The translations under genes and the position numbers were made by a program. A stretch of 62,498 nt of DNA, counting the filler. It is 5 parts of 5 records of this genome, joined end to end, with 100 filler letters (N's around TTAATTAATTAA, not from the genome) between each part and the next. Parts side by side here need not be neighbours in the genome. Positions count along the whole stretch, not along the records: positions 41,881 to 56,778 come from DRR723986_7748; positions 56,879 to 62,498 come from DRR723986_7770; 3 more parts are not named here. One strand, 5' to 3'. Within the stretch, counting starts at the first letter, position 1. Each line of letters starts with the position of its first letter. Below, in pieces: positions 49,966 to 60,015 of the stretch. Below the pieces are notes generated by a model. The model was not told where the DNA came from, did not search any database, and worked only from the letters and a program-made list of their open reading frames with translations.

Positions 49966-50620
49966 ACCGCTGTTCAAGTCCGACGCACCACCACGCCATA
50001 TCGCTATAGAAGGCCCGATTGGTGTGGGTAAAAGCACACTGATGCGGCGCCTTGCTGAATCATTAGGCTACGCAACCCTCGAAGAGAAGGCGGACGAGAA
50101 CCCCTTTCTGGAGCGCTTTTACAGCAATCGCCAGCACGCCGCGCTCGCCACACAGCTGTTTTTTCTGTTTCAGCGCGCCCAGCAGCTCAGCGATCTGCAA
50201 CAAAGCGACCTCTTTGCTCAGGGCTACGTCGCCGACTTCCTCTTTCAAAAAGATCCGCTATTTGCACAACTCACCTTAGACGCCAACGAACTTGAGCTGT
50301 ACCAAAAGGTTTACCAACAACTTGCCGTCGACCTGCCACCGGCCGATCTTGTGATTTACCTACAAGCGCCGAGCAAGGTACTCAAGGATCGCATCCAGCA
50401 GCGCGGCGTTCGCTTTGAGCGCAATATCGACAGCCATTACCTGGAGCAGGTAAACGAGGCGTACAGCGAATATTTTCTTCATTACAGCGCCTCGCCACTC
50501 TTGATCGTGAACGCAGAAGATATAGACTTCGCCCACAACGACCGCGATTATCAGCAACTACTCGACTATTTGCTGGAAATTCCCAGCGGTCGCCATTACT
50601 TTAACCCCACCTTCTTCTGA
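49955..50620 (+). CDS. deoxynucleoside kinase
   Basis: IAIEGPIGVGKST, TQLFFLFQR, DLVIYLQA. Confidence 0.9.
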   Translation: MQNRPLFKSDAPPRHIAIEGPIGVGKSTLMRRLAESLGYATLEEKADENPFLERFYSNRQHAALATQLFFLFQRAQQLSDLQQSDLFAQGYVADFLFQKDPLFAQLTLDANELELYQKVYQQLAVDLPPADLVIYLQAPSKVLKDRIQQRGVRFERNIDSHYLEQVNEAYSEYFLHYSASPLLIVNAEDIDFAHNDRDYQQLLDYLLEIPSGRHYFNPTFF

Positions 50621-50638
50621 GTCTCCGCGAGGCCCACT

Positions 50639-51430
50639 ATGAGCAAAATCAGCATCCCCAGCCTGATGCAGAAAAAACAGCGTGGCGAGAAATTTGCCGT
50701 TGTCACCTGCTACGACGCCAGTTTTGCCCGCCTGGTGGAGAAAGCCGAGATTGAAGTCATTCTTGTTGGCGACTCCTTAGGAATGGTCCTGCAAGGCCAC
50801 GACTCCACCATCCCCGTGACCGTCGATGACATGGCCTACCATACCGCCTGCGTGGCCCGCGGCTGCTCAACACCACTCATCATCGCCGACCTACCGTTCG
50901 CCAGCTACCACAGCACTCAGCAATGCCTCGACAATGCAACGCAACTGATGCGCGCCGGCGCACAGATGGTCAAATTAGAGGGCGGAGACTGGCTCTGCGA
51001 CGACATCCGCCTGCTAAGTCGCGCAGGCATTCCGGTTTGCGGACACCTTGGGCTTACGCCCCAGTCGGTGAATGTGCTCGGTGGATACCGCGTACAGGGG
51101 CGCGACGATGACCAGGCCCAGCGCATCATCAACGATGCAAAAGCGCTTGAAGCTGCCGGCGCCGCAATGCTGGTGCTGGAATGCGTACCCCGCCAACTGG
51201 CCAAACAAATCAGCCAAGCCCTTGCTATCCCCGTTATCGGCATTGGCGCCGGCGCTGACACCGACGCGCAAGTACTGGTGCTGCATGACCTGCTTGGCAT
51301 CACCGAGAAAACCGCCCGTTTTGTCCGCAACTTTGCCCAGGACAGCTCCAGCATCGAACACGCCCTGCAGCGCTATCGCAGCGCAGTACTTGATGGCAGC
51401 TTTCCCGCCGCCGAACACGGTTTTGACTAA
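50639..51430 (+). CDS. panB: ketopantoate hydroxymethyltransferase
   Basis: [28 protein letters not shown]. Confidence 0.96.
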   Translation: MSKISIPSLMQKKQRGEKFAVVTCYDASFARLVEKAEIEVILVGDSLGMVLQGHDSTIPVTVDDMAYHTACVARGCSTPLIIADLPFASYHSTQQCLDNATQLMRAGAQMVKLEGGDWLCDDIRLLSRAGIPVCGHLGLTPQSVNVLGGYRVQGRDDDQAQRIINDAKALEAAGAAMLVLECVPRQLAKQISQALAIPVIGIGAGADTDAQVLVLHDLLGITEKTARFVRNFAQDSSSIEHALQRYRSAVLDGSFPAAEHGFD

Positions 51431-51511
51431 GCGGCTGAAATCCCTGAAACTGTTACCCAGCGAAACACTTTTGAGCGGTAACAATGCCATGAATTTTTTG
51501 TTACCAAGGCA

Positions 51512-51540
51512 TTGAACGGCCATTGCTCTTGGGGCATACT
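51512..51540 (+). promoter_or_regulatory. internal sigma70 promoter for panC-panD
   Basis: TTGAAC-N17-CATACT. Confidence 0.6.
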
Positions 51541-51698
51541 TGCCCGCCACCGTAGAACTGGTCAGTTTGTGACCAATGTAAGCAGTGTAAACGCACCGCG
51601 GTGGAAAGGTCGCCAGCCCGCAGAATCAGCGGACTGACTTCACAGCAAACTGCCTTTACGCAAAGCGCGTAAAGATCGAGATTGGGAAGTTAGGTGGT

Positions 51699-52583
51699 AT
51701 GAAAACATACAGCACAACCGCAGCGCTCAGGGCAGCACTTTCCGCCGCTCGCCGCGCAGGTAAAACTGTTGCCTTCGTTCCCACTATGGGTAATCTGCAC
51801 GAAGGCCACTTATCGCTGGTGAGACGCGCGGCTCGCGAAGCCGATGTCGTTGTCGTGAGTATTTTTGTCAACCCGCTGCAATTTTCCGCTAGCGAGGACC
51901 TCGGCAATTACCCGCGTACCCTGGCGGCTGACAAAGAGAAACTGTTCGCTGAAGGCGTCCAGTTCCTGTTCCAACCTCAGGTGGAAGAAATCTACCCAGA
52001 AGGCATGGAGCAGCACACCAAAGTTTCCGTTCCCGCCGTGTCGGAACAGCACTGCGGAGCCAGTCGCCCAGGCCACTTCACCGGTGTGGCGACTATTGTG
52101 AACAAACTGTTCAATATGGTTCAGCCAGACACTGCGGTGTTTGGTGAAAAAGACTTTCAGCAGTTGAGCGTGATCCGCAAGATGGTTAAGGATCTCTGCA
52201 TGCCCATCAACATTATTGGCGTGGCAACTGCCCGAGCTGAAGACGGCCTGGCACTGAGTTCGCGCAACGGCTACCTAGACGATAGCCAGCGCAATACCGC
52301 GCCCCTGCTGCACCGGGTGCTGCAAGAAATGCGCGAAGCCATCGCCTGCGGCTACGACAGCTACAGCGACCTTGAACTCTACGCCAAACTGGCGCTCAAG
52401 GACGGCGGCTTTGAACCCGATTATGTAAATATTTGTGATGCCCGCAGCCTAGAGCAGGTTCGCCCGGACACAGAAGAAGTTGTTATACTAGCCGCCGCTA
52501 AGCTCGGCTCGACGCGGCTTATCGACAACGTCACCCTGACCCTGAATCCCAGTGCCGACTGGGGCATGCTGGCGGCTAACTAA
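51699..52583 (+). CDS. panC: pantoate--beta-alanine ligase
   Basis: [34 protein letters not shown]. Confidence 0.96.
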   Translation: MKTYSTTAALRAALSAARRAGKTVAFVPTMGNLHEGHLSLVRRAAREADVVVVSIFVNPLQFSASEDLGNYPRTLAADKEKLFAEGVQFLFQPQVEEIYPEGMEQHTKVSVPAVSEQHCGASRPGHFTGVATIVNKLFNMVQPDTAVFGEKDFQQLSVIRKMVKDLCMPINIIGVATARAEDGLALSSRNGYLDDSQRNTAPLLHRVLQEMREAIACGYDSYSDLELYAKLALKDGGFEPDYVNICDARSLEQVRPDTEEVVILAAAKLGSTRLIDNVTLTLNPSADWGMLAAN

Positions 52584-52618
52584 GCCCCGGCCGAGACCGA
52601 AGAGAAAGGAACAGCGTT

Positions 52619-52999
52619 ATGCAGTCCGTTATGCTGAAAGCCAAACTCCATAAAGCTCGCGTGACCCATGCGGTATTAAACTACGAGGGCTCGTGCGCCA
52701 TAGATGGCAAACTGCTGGACATGTCTGGCATTCGTGAGTTTGAACAGATTCAAATCTACAACGTCACCAATGGTGAACGCTTCACGACCTACGCCATTCG
52801 CGGTGAAGATAACAGTGGCATCATCTCCATTAACGGTGCAGCCGCCCACAAGGCCGGCGTCGGTGACACTATTATTATCTGCGCGTACGCGAGCTATACC
52901 GAAGCGGAACTGCTTAACTTCAAGCCGCGCCTGATTTATATGAATGAAGACAATACCGTGAGCCACTCGAGCAACGCCATCCCTGTACAGGTTGCGTAA
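52619..52999 (+). CDS. panD: aspartate 1-decarboxylase
   Basis: KLH..VT, YEGS autocleavage site, [15 protein letters not shown]. Confidence 0.96.
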   Translation: MQSVMLKAKLHKARVTHAVLNYEGSCAIDGKLLDMSGIREFEQIQIYNVTNGERFTTYAIRGEDNSGIISINGAAAHKAGVGDTIIICAYASYTEAELLNFKPRLIYMNEDNTVSHSSNAIPVQVA

Positions 53000-53019
53000 A
53001 CTCGCTCACAGACTTCCTC

Positions 53020-53045
53020 AAAAGGCCCCTTATGGGGCCTTTTTT
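53020..53045 (+). terminator. pan operon terminator
   Basis: AAAAGGCCCC-TTAT-GGGGCCTTTTTT. Confidence 0.88.
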
Positions 53046-53251
53046 ATTGCCAATTTATAGACTTGCTCACATTTCGCGAGGCTGAGACATTGCCTTGCCC
53101 CCCTACCTCGTTACTATTCGCCAGCACCTGCCGGGGCCGAGCGCCTGCGGCAGCATAACAACAATAACAACGGCAGCACCGCGCGCCATCGCAGTGATCC
53201 ATTCGCTGTATGCGGCTGCGCCTTGCCTCCAATACAAAAATAAGGAAATCT

Positions 53252-55408
53252 ATGAAGCACTTTCTTAGCAGTCGCTTGCCTGTTCTGCGCCGCTGCGCGG
53301 CAGCCTGCGCTATGGTTACTGCCAGCATGTCAGCACAAGCACTGAACTTAGGCGCTCTGTTCGGCGGCGGCGAAACACTACCGCTCCCCCAAGCGGTTAG
53401 CTTTACCTATACCGCAGGTGAGCAGCTTATTCCCGACAAACTCACCGCGGAGGGGATTGAGTTGACCCCCGCCGTCAACGGGGAGGCCCTTACGCACTAC
53501 CGGCTGTACTGGGCAGATACGCAAGGCAACAAAATCCTCAGCCTACCGCTGCTCGGCACAACCGCCCTGATTACCGAGCTCCCCGCCGAGAGCGGCGAAC
53601 TCAACTATCGGTTTGACGAAGACACCATTGTGCCCATTCAAGCTTTCTCGGTGCTCGCCTGCTCGGTGGGAGCAAATGGGGAATACTGTGGCGGCAGCGC
53701 TGAGGACAAGGTCGTCTATCGTTTCCGGGATAGCGATCTGCCTGGCCTACTGACCGAGCTCCCTCTTTTAGTTGGCGATATCGGCGGGCTTGCCACATGC
53801 CCTAGTCTGGAGATCGCCGCCAGCTGCGGCAACCAGATGTGCGACGCCCTCGAGACCGCCGACAATTGCCCCGCCGACTGCGGCGATTGGCAACTCGCCT
53901 CTTACAACTACCAAACCCTGTGCGACGACATTGAAACACTGCACACCCCCAGTAGCGTTGACGAGGTAAAACAACTGGTGAGTGCAGCTGCCGCGGCTGG
54001 GAAACGCGTGAAGGTCACAGGCAAAGCCCATTCCGCGACCGATGTAATGTGCACCGATGGCGTATTAATCAGCACCGCACAGCTCACGATGCACAACCCC
54101 AATATGGGCATACAACTGGAGACCTTTGAAGGCGTCGACGTTGTCAACGTGCCCGCGGGCACACTGATGTGGGATCTCTCGGAATGGCTGCATCCTCGCG
54201 GCAAGTCCATTGGCTACACCCACCTGGGTTACGCATTTCCCACCGTAGCAGGGCATATTGCAACCAGCTCACACGGCAGCTCTCCCAAGCATCGCACCGT
54301 GCTTTCCCACAGCGTGGTCAGCATGGACGTCGTGACCGCAGACGGGCAGTTGCGACACTTCTCTCGCGGCACAACGAATAAAGACGAGTGGAAAGCCCTG
54401 ACCGCCAACCTCGGTTATCTCGGCGTTGTCACCCGTCTGAGAATCGAGGTGCAAGACACTAAAAACCTTCACGTCAAAGTCACCTACCACGATGACGACT
54501 ACCTGTTTAACAACGGCCCCGATTCAGCCTGGGAGAACATTAAGCAGTGTGATTTCGGCCAGTACAACTGGTATCCCGGTGTTGGCAAGGTCGTGCGAAC
54601 CTGCGGCAAAGAAACAACCGCCGCGGCCGAGCCCGGCGCCCAGAATCGCCTATTGAACCCCTCCGTGCCCGCGCAGATTTTCCCCTTCTTCAAACAGGCC
54701 ATGCACACCGCCGCGTGTAACCCTGGCGGGTATCTCGACGGGGTAATGGAGCGATTCCGCTATCTGCAGTTTGTGAATCAACCGCCCTTCACCAAAGAGC
54801 AAGACGGAAAAACGGTATTCAGCGCCGATGTTATTGGCCCCCAACACCGAATGATTACCAGCCCCCTGGTCGACGGCCAAGACGGCTTCTTCCAAATGGA
54901 CTGGGAAGTCGCGGTTCCTCGCGCCAATGCTGCCGCCGCCATGGAATATATCAACCGCTTCCTGCACGGCCAGAACCGCAAGAACCTTGACGTTCGGCTT
55001 CCTCTTGTCGGCGTCTTCACCCGCTACGCAAAAAGTGAAGACCACACTCTCATGGCCTACACAGGCACCGGCGGCCCATTTGAAGACAACAGCCATGTCG
55101 TCCACATTGAGATGCCGATCTACGTGCCGGCCGGTTTCAGCGACGCAGAGCTGGAAGCGTATATGGCACCCTTTGTGGAGTATGTCACGGTATTGATTGA
55201 AGACTTCGGCGCCAGAGCCCACTGGGCGAAGAATCGTGAATGGGCCTTCGACCTGCAACGTGAACTCGGCGTTTACGACTACGGCAAACGCCTCAGCCGC
55301 TTTAATAAAGTGCTGGCAAAATTGGACCCCAATGGGGTTTTCGCCAATGAATACGCCAAGCGCATCGGGCTTGAATACCCCAACTTCGACTACCCCGAAC
55401 ACTGGTAG
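53252..55408 (+). CDS. secreted FAD-linked oxidase (aldonolactone oxidase/VAO superfamily) with Cys-rich N-terminal extension
   Basis: Signal peptide ending SAQA, PSSVDEV..VK..GKAHS, TVAG...SHGS, LGYLGVVT, RAHWAKN, LDPNGVF. Confidence 0.82.
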   Translation: MKHFLSSRLPVLRRCAAACAMVTASMSAQALNLGALFGGGETLPLPQAVSFTYTAGEQLIPDKLTAEGIELTPAVNGEALTHYRLYWADTQGNKILSLPLLGTTALITELPAESGELNYRFDEDTIVPIQAFSVLACSVGANGEYCGGSAEDKVVYRFRDSDLPGLLTELPLLVGDIGGLATCPSLEIAASCGNQMCDALETADNCPADCGDWQLASYNYQTLCDDIETLHTPSSVDEVKQLVSAAAAAGKRVKVTGKAHSATDVMCTDGVLISTAQLTMHNPNMGIQLETFEGVDVVNVPAGTLMWDLSEWLHPRGKSIGYTHLGYAFPTVAGHIATSSHGSSPKHRTVLSHSVVSMDVVTADGQLRHFSRGTTNKDEWKALTANLGYLGVVTRLRIEVQDTKNLHVKVTYHDDDYLFNNGPDSAWENIKQCDFGQYNWYPGVGKVVRTCGKETTAAAEPGAQNRLLNPSVPAQIFPFFKQAMHTAACNPGGYLDGVMERFRYLQFVNQPPFTKEQDGKTVFSADVIGPQHRMITSPLVDGQDGFFQMDWEVAVPRANAAAAMEYINRFLHGQNRKNLDVRLPLVGVFTRYAKSEDHTLMAYTGTGGPFEDNSHVVHIEMPIYVPAGFSDAELEAYMAPFVEYVTVLIEDFGARAHWAKNREWAFDLQRELGVYDYGKRLSRFNKVLAKLDPNGVFANEYAKRIGLEYPNFDYPEHW

Positions 55409-55417
55409 CTCGCGCAC

Positions 55418-55435
55418 AGGGCCTTCGGGCCCTTC
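55418..55435 (+). terminator. hairpin with TTCG loop after the oxidase gene
   Basis: AGGGCC-TTCG-GGCCCT. Confidence 0.6.
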
Positions 55436-55599
55436 TGCCCCACCATCCGCCCATTCGAGCGGAAATATCGCTAAAAAACCCCCTTCGACTTTAGTCTATT
55501 TGGGCTTCAACGGCGTGTTATCAGCAGGTATGCTCAACGCATCGGTCGCTGCCTAATGGATTCCGGCAGCCACAATAAATGCAATAAACAGGATGCGCC

Positions 55600-56778
55600 A
55601 TGACGACTTTTACTCCCCATTCCGTACCCGAAGCCTTTGCCCGTGATGCGCATATTGATCGCGATCGCTACGAAGAAATGTATCGGCAATCCATCGACGA
55701 CCCAGACACCTTCTGGGCGCAACAAGCCAGTGAAATGCTGAGCTGGGACACGCCTTGGAACAATATCTGTGAGTACGATTTCCCCAAGGGAGAAGCCAGC
55801 TGGTTTGACGGTGGCAAGCTGAATGTAAGTTATAACTGCATCGACCGGCACCTGGAAAGCCGCGGCGATCAAACGGCGATTATCTGGGAGGGCGACGACC
55901 CCAGCGACAGCGCTCATATCAGCTACCGCGAACTGCACACCGCGGTGTGCAAACTCGCCAACGTGCTGAAAGCACGCGGCGTGACGAAGGGCGATCGAGT
56001 ATGCATTTACATGCCGATGATTCCCGAGGCGGCTTACGCCATGCTAGCCTGCGCCCGCATCGGCGCCGTGCACTCAGTGGTATTCGGCGGGTTCTCCCCC
56101 GAGGCACTGAAAGACCGCATTCAGAACGCCGAATGCAAAATGCTGATCACCGCTGATGAGGGTGTTCGCGGCGGCAAGGCAATTCCCTTGAAAGAGAATG
56201 CCGACAAAGCACTCGCCGACTGCCCCACCGTCGACAGCTGTATTGTGGTGCGCCGCACTGGCGCCGATGTCAGCTGGCAGGAAGGCCGCGACGTTTGCTA
56301 CGAAGAAGCCACCCAGGCGGCAAGCGCCGAATGCGCCCCTGAGGCCGTCGAGAGCGAAGCGCCTCTATTTATCCTCTACACCTCCGGCTCAACCGGTAAA
56401 CCCAAAGGTGTGCTGCACACCAGCGCTGGCTATCTGTTGCAGTCAGCCATGAGCCACAAGTACGTGTTTGACTACAAAGACGGCGAGGTCTACTGGTGTA
56501 CCGCCGACGTCGGCTGGGTAACCGGACATAGCTATATCGTATACGGCCCACTGGCTAATGGCGCGACCACGCTACTCTTTGAAGGCGTGCCCACATACCC
56601 CGATGCCTCGCGCTTTTGGCAGGTCATCGACAAGCACAATGTCAGTATTTTCTACACAGCACCCACGGCAATTCGCGCACTCATGGGGGCAGGCGATGAA
56701 TTTGTGGAGCGCAGCTCGCGCAGTAGTCTGCGACTGCTGGGCACCGTCGGTGAGCCGATCAACCCGGAAGCCTGGGAG
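55600..56778 (+). CDS. acs: acetyl-CoA synthetase (3'-truncated)
   Basis: [41 protein letters not shown]. Confidence 0.96.
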
Positions 56779-56878
56779 NNNNNNNNNNNNNNNNNNNNNN
56801 NNNNNNNNNNNNNNNNNNNNNNTTAATTAATTAANNNNNNNNNNNNNNNNNNNNNNNNNNNNNNNNNNNNNNNNNNNN
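56779..56878. other. artificial contig linker
   Basis: N run containing TTAATTAATTAA. Confidence 0.99.
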
Positions 56879-57008
56879 CCCAAGTCTCTATGACGAGCCT
56901 CAATGACTCCAAACGCGCTGCACTGAGTAACAGACAAGCGGCCGCAAGAATATAGTTACGGTATATGATGCAATTGCCAGCCAGTCACCAAATTTCACGC
57001 CTCACTCA

Positions 57009-57923
57009 CTAGCCGCGCACGGGCCATATCTCCAGTTCCACCGCCGCCTCTACTTCCGCAAACAACTCACGCGCTTCAGCCAAATGTTGGGATGCGTCAC
57101 GATAGCGCGTACTAAAATGTGTGAGTACCAATTTGCGAACGCCGGCCGTAGCTGCCAGTTCGGCCGCAGCACGCGCCGTCATATGTTGCGTCAGCGCTGC
57201 ACGCTCCGCCAACTTCTCAGTGAATGTGGCCTCACAGATTAACACATCGGCTTCCCGGCTGGCCACACGCAGCGCTTCACACACCGCCGTGTCACCACTG
57301 TACGCCAGGCTGAATGGCGAGCGCGGTACAACCAAGAAATCTCTTAAAAGGATTTCCCTGCCGTCCGGCAGCTGCAGTTTTCCATCGCGACGGAAAGCAC
57401 TGATCTGAGCCTTCGACGCCGCGCCCAGAGCCTCCAGACGCTCAAAGTCAAGACGTGGCGCCAACTCCTCCTCAGCACGAAAGGCAAAAGCCGGAACGCG
57501 ATGCTCCACCGGTGCCGACATTACACGCACGCCGCCACTGCGGTAGACCTCACCCAAAAGTGTATCACTGCAGGTGCGATAGTGAATCTCAAAGGCCAGC
57601 TCAATTTGTAAATTCTCAATCGTTTGCCGCAGCCAGTTGTGAACCTCCAGCGGAGCCACCAGCGTCAAATCGTCCACGCGCCGATCGCTCGAAAATGCCG
57701 CAACCAAACCCGGCAAACCCAGACAGTGATCCGCATGCCGATGTGTGATAAACACCGCCGAAATTGAGCTGCGCCGCACACCCGCACGCTGCATTTGCAG
57801 CACACTGCCTTCGCCACAGTCAAACAGCAGGACTTCATGCGCGCACATCAACGCCAAACCCGAAGGATGTTGCGAATTGTAAGGGCCCGCACCTGCCCGC
57901 GTTCCAAGTACACAGTAGTTCAT
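57009..57923 (-). CDS. rnz: ribonuclease Z
   Basis: LGT, FDCGEG, THRHADH, exosite, YSGDT, CEATF, LTHFSTRY. Confidence 0.88.
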   Translation of the reverse strand: MNYCVLGTRAGAGPYNSQHPSGLALMCAHEVLLFDCGEGSVLQMQRAGVRRSSISAVFITHRHADHCLGLPGLVAAFSSDRRVDDLTLVAPLEVHNWLRQTIENLQIELAFEIHYRTCSDTLLGEVYRSGGVRVMSAPVEHRVPAFAFRAEEELAPRLDFERLEALGAASKAQISAFRRDGKLQLPDGREILLRDFLVVPRSPFSLAYSGDTAVCEALRVASREADVLICEATFTEKLAERAALTQHMTARAAAELAATAGVRKLVLTHFSTRYRDASQHLAEARELFAEVEAAVELEIWPVRG

Positions 57924-58125
57924 GTCAGCTTTCACACGTAACGTCAGCCGAATTCGTGCAGCGCCAGGCCCATAATTTCCGGCGTGCACGCAAACCCCCT
58001 CGTCAAAAGACCATCAAAAGGCGGGCACACAACTACATTAACCAGACCGCACCATGCCGAAAAACTGTATTTTGGCAAGGTAGTTTTTGAGGATCGTCAA
58101 CACGCTTCGCGCCAGAGTTCACAGT

Positions 58126-59586
58126 ATGAGCAAAATTCTGCAATTAGTTAACGTGCGCCTTTGGGGGCTGATTATCGGCCTCGTAATTTTCCTCGTAATG
58201 TTGACTGTACCTGCGCCCGGCGCGCTCGATCCCATCGCCTGGAAAGTCGCAGCCACGGCTGTGTTAATGGCCGTGTGGTGGATGACCGAAGCCATTCCGA
58301 TTCCGGTGACTTCTTTACTTCCGATTGTCCTCTTCCCTTTGTTAAACATTGCCGACGTCAAGTCTGCCGCCGCACCCTATGCCCACGAGTTAATATTTCT
58401 GTTTATGGGTGGTTTTTTGTTGGCCCTGGCGATGGAACGCTGGAACCTGCATCGGCGCGTGGCTCTCTGGATTATTCGCGCCGTCGGTACACGTGCAGTG
58501 GCGTTAATCGGTGGGGTGATGCTGTCGGCTGCTTTGCTTAGCATGTGGGTCAGCAATACGGCTACGGCGCTGATGCTTACGCCTATCGCAATTTCGCTCA
58601 TGAGCAGCCTTGGTGACTCGATGAATTCCGGCGAACGGATTCGTTTTGGAGCAGCACTCATGTTGGCGGTAGCCTACGGCGCAAATATTGGTGGTATTGC
58701 CACACCCATCGGCACGCCGCCCAACGTTGTTTTGCTCGCTTTCCTGGAAAACACCTACAACATTCAGATTGGTTTTGCACAGTGGATGAGCTTTGGAGTG
58801 CCGCTGGTGGCCCTCACGCTGCCGATCGCATTCGTTTTGTTAACACGTGTAGTCTGGCGCATTCCAGGTGGTGAACTTCCCGGCGGCCAGGCATTAATTA
58901 CGCGCGAACTCGCAAACCTGGGGCCACTTAACATTCGCGAACTCACCGTCGCTGCTGTTTTTGTTGTCACCGCACTCAGCTGGATTCTGCGCAAGGAAGT
59001 CCTGCAACCGGTTTTTAACATGTTTAGTGATGCCAGGCTGAGCGACGCCGGCATAGCACTTACGGCAGGCATTTCACTGTTTGTACTTCCGGCTATCGGC
59101 CGCCGCGGACAAACATTAATGAACTGGGAGTGGGGCGCCAAACTGCCCTGGGGGATTCTCTTGTTATTCGGTGGCGGACTCAGCCTGGCGGCCGCCATCA
59201 AAAACTCGGGCCTGGCCGACTGGATTGGATCGGGACTTCACGGTGTTGCCGAACTACCTCTATTTGTTTTAGTGCTTGCCGTGCTGATTCTCCTGGTGTT
59301 CTTAACAGAAATTACAAGCAATACAGCCACGACCAATGCACTTGTTCCGATTACAGCCGCAGTGGCGATCAGTGCCGGGCTGGAACCAACAATGCTTTCT
59401 ACCTGCGCCGCTCTTGGCGCCAGCTGCGCATTCATGTTGCCCGTGGCTACGCCGCCAAATGCCGTGGTTTATGGCAGCGGCTTTGTATCGATGCAGCAAA
59501 TGATGCGTGCCGGTATGTATCTTAACATTTTTATGATAGTCGCCATCAGCCTGTTTGTCTACTTCTATTTGCCGCTCGTATTATAA
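58126..59586 (+). CDS. DASS/SLC13 sodium:anion symporter
   Basis: WWMTEAIP, SNTATA, GTPPN, AFMLPVATPPNA. Confidence 0.93.
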   Translation: MSKILQLVNVRLWGLIIGLVIFLVMLTVPAPGALDPIAWKVAATAVLMAVWWMTEAIPIPVTSLLPIVLFPLLNIADVKSAAAPYAHELIFLFMGGFLLALAMERWNLHRRVALWIIRAVGTRAVALIGGVMLSAALLSMWVSNTATALMLTPIAISLMSSLGDSMNSGERIRFGAALMLAVAYGANIGGIATPIGTPPNVVLLAFLENTYNIQIGFAQWMSFGVPLVALTLPIAFVLLTRVVWRIPGGELPGGQALITRELANLGPLNIRELTVAAVFVVTALSWILRKEVLQPVFNMFSDARLSDAGIALTAGISLFVLPAIGRRGQTLMNWEWGAKLPWGILLLFGGGLSLAAAIKNSGLADWIGSGLHGVAELPLFVLVLAVLILLVFLTEITSNTATTNALVPITAAVAISAGLEPTMLSTCAALGASCAFMLPVATPPNAVVYGSGFVSMQQMMRAGMYLNIFMIVAISLFVYFYLPLVL

Positions 59587-60015
59587 ACACTTAAATGCTG
59601 TCGTCTTGTGGCTACAGCGATTTTTTTACTTATATGACACTTGAGGCTTGAGCGCTGCGCCCCATCCGCATTACATGCTTTCTGTGGCTTACTCTTTTCT
59701 TTTTTGCTAGTCGTGCAGATCCAAGTCTCAAGAACTTCAGCCTGTCTTAATCCACACAGTCTACACTGCCCAGCGCCATTACAACACAGAACCACCAAGC
59801 ACAAGTGAAGCTGTCGAATGTTTTGCCGCCGCACCAAACGCGATACAATTGAGCACAAGCGCACAAAAGTGACATCCTTGCTTGTTATCCCCTGTAACCC
59901 TTACCTAACATCTGTGTTAGGCTCACCTGCGCCAAACCTGCCACTTCTCAATTTCTGGGCGCAACTAATATACAATTCTCTAACACACCTTATTGAAAGT
60001 TCACGAGAGGCCCCA

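Noticed and set aside
51529-51552. sigma54 promoter in the panB-panC gap
   Set aside because: GG-GC spacing is 9 nt (plus strand) or 11 nt (minus strand), not the required 10
24730-56878. Four identical TTAATTAATTAA elements within N runs, and functional links across them (for example rpoN at 14959 with the sigma54 promoter at 47840)
   Set aside because: These are artificial all-frame-stop linkers joining contigs of different composition and taxonomy
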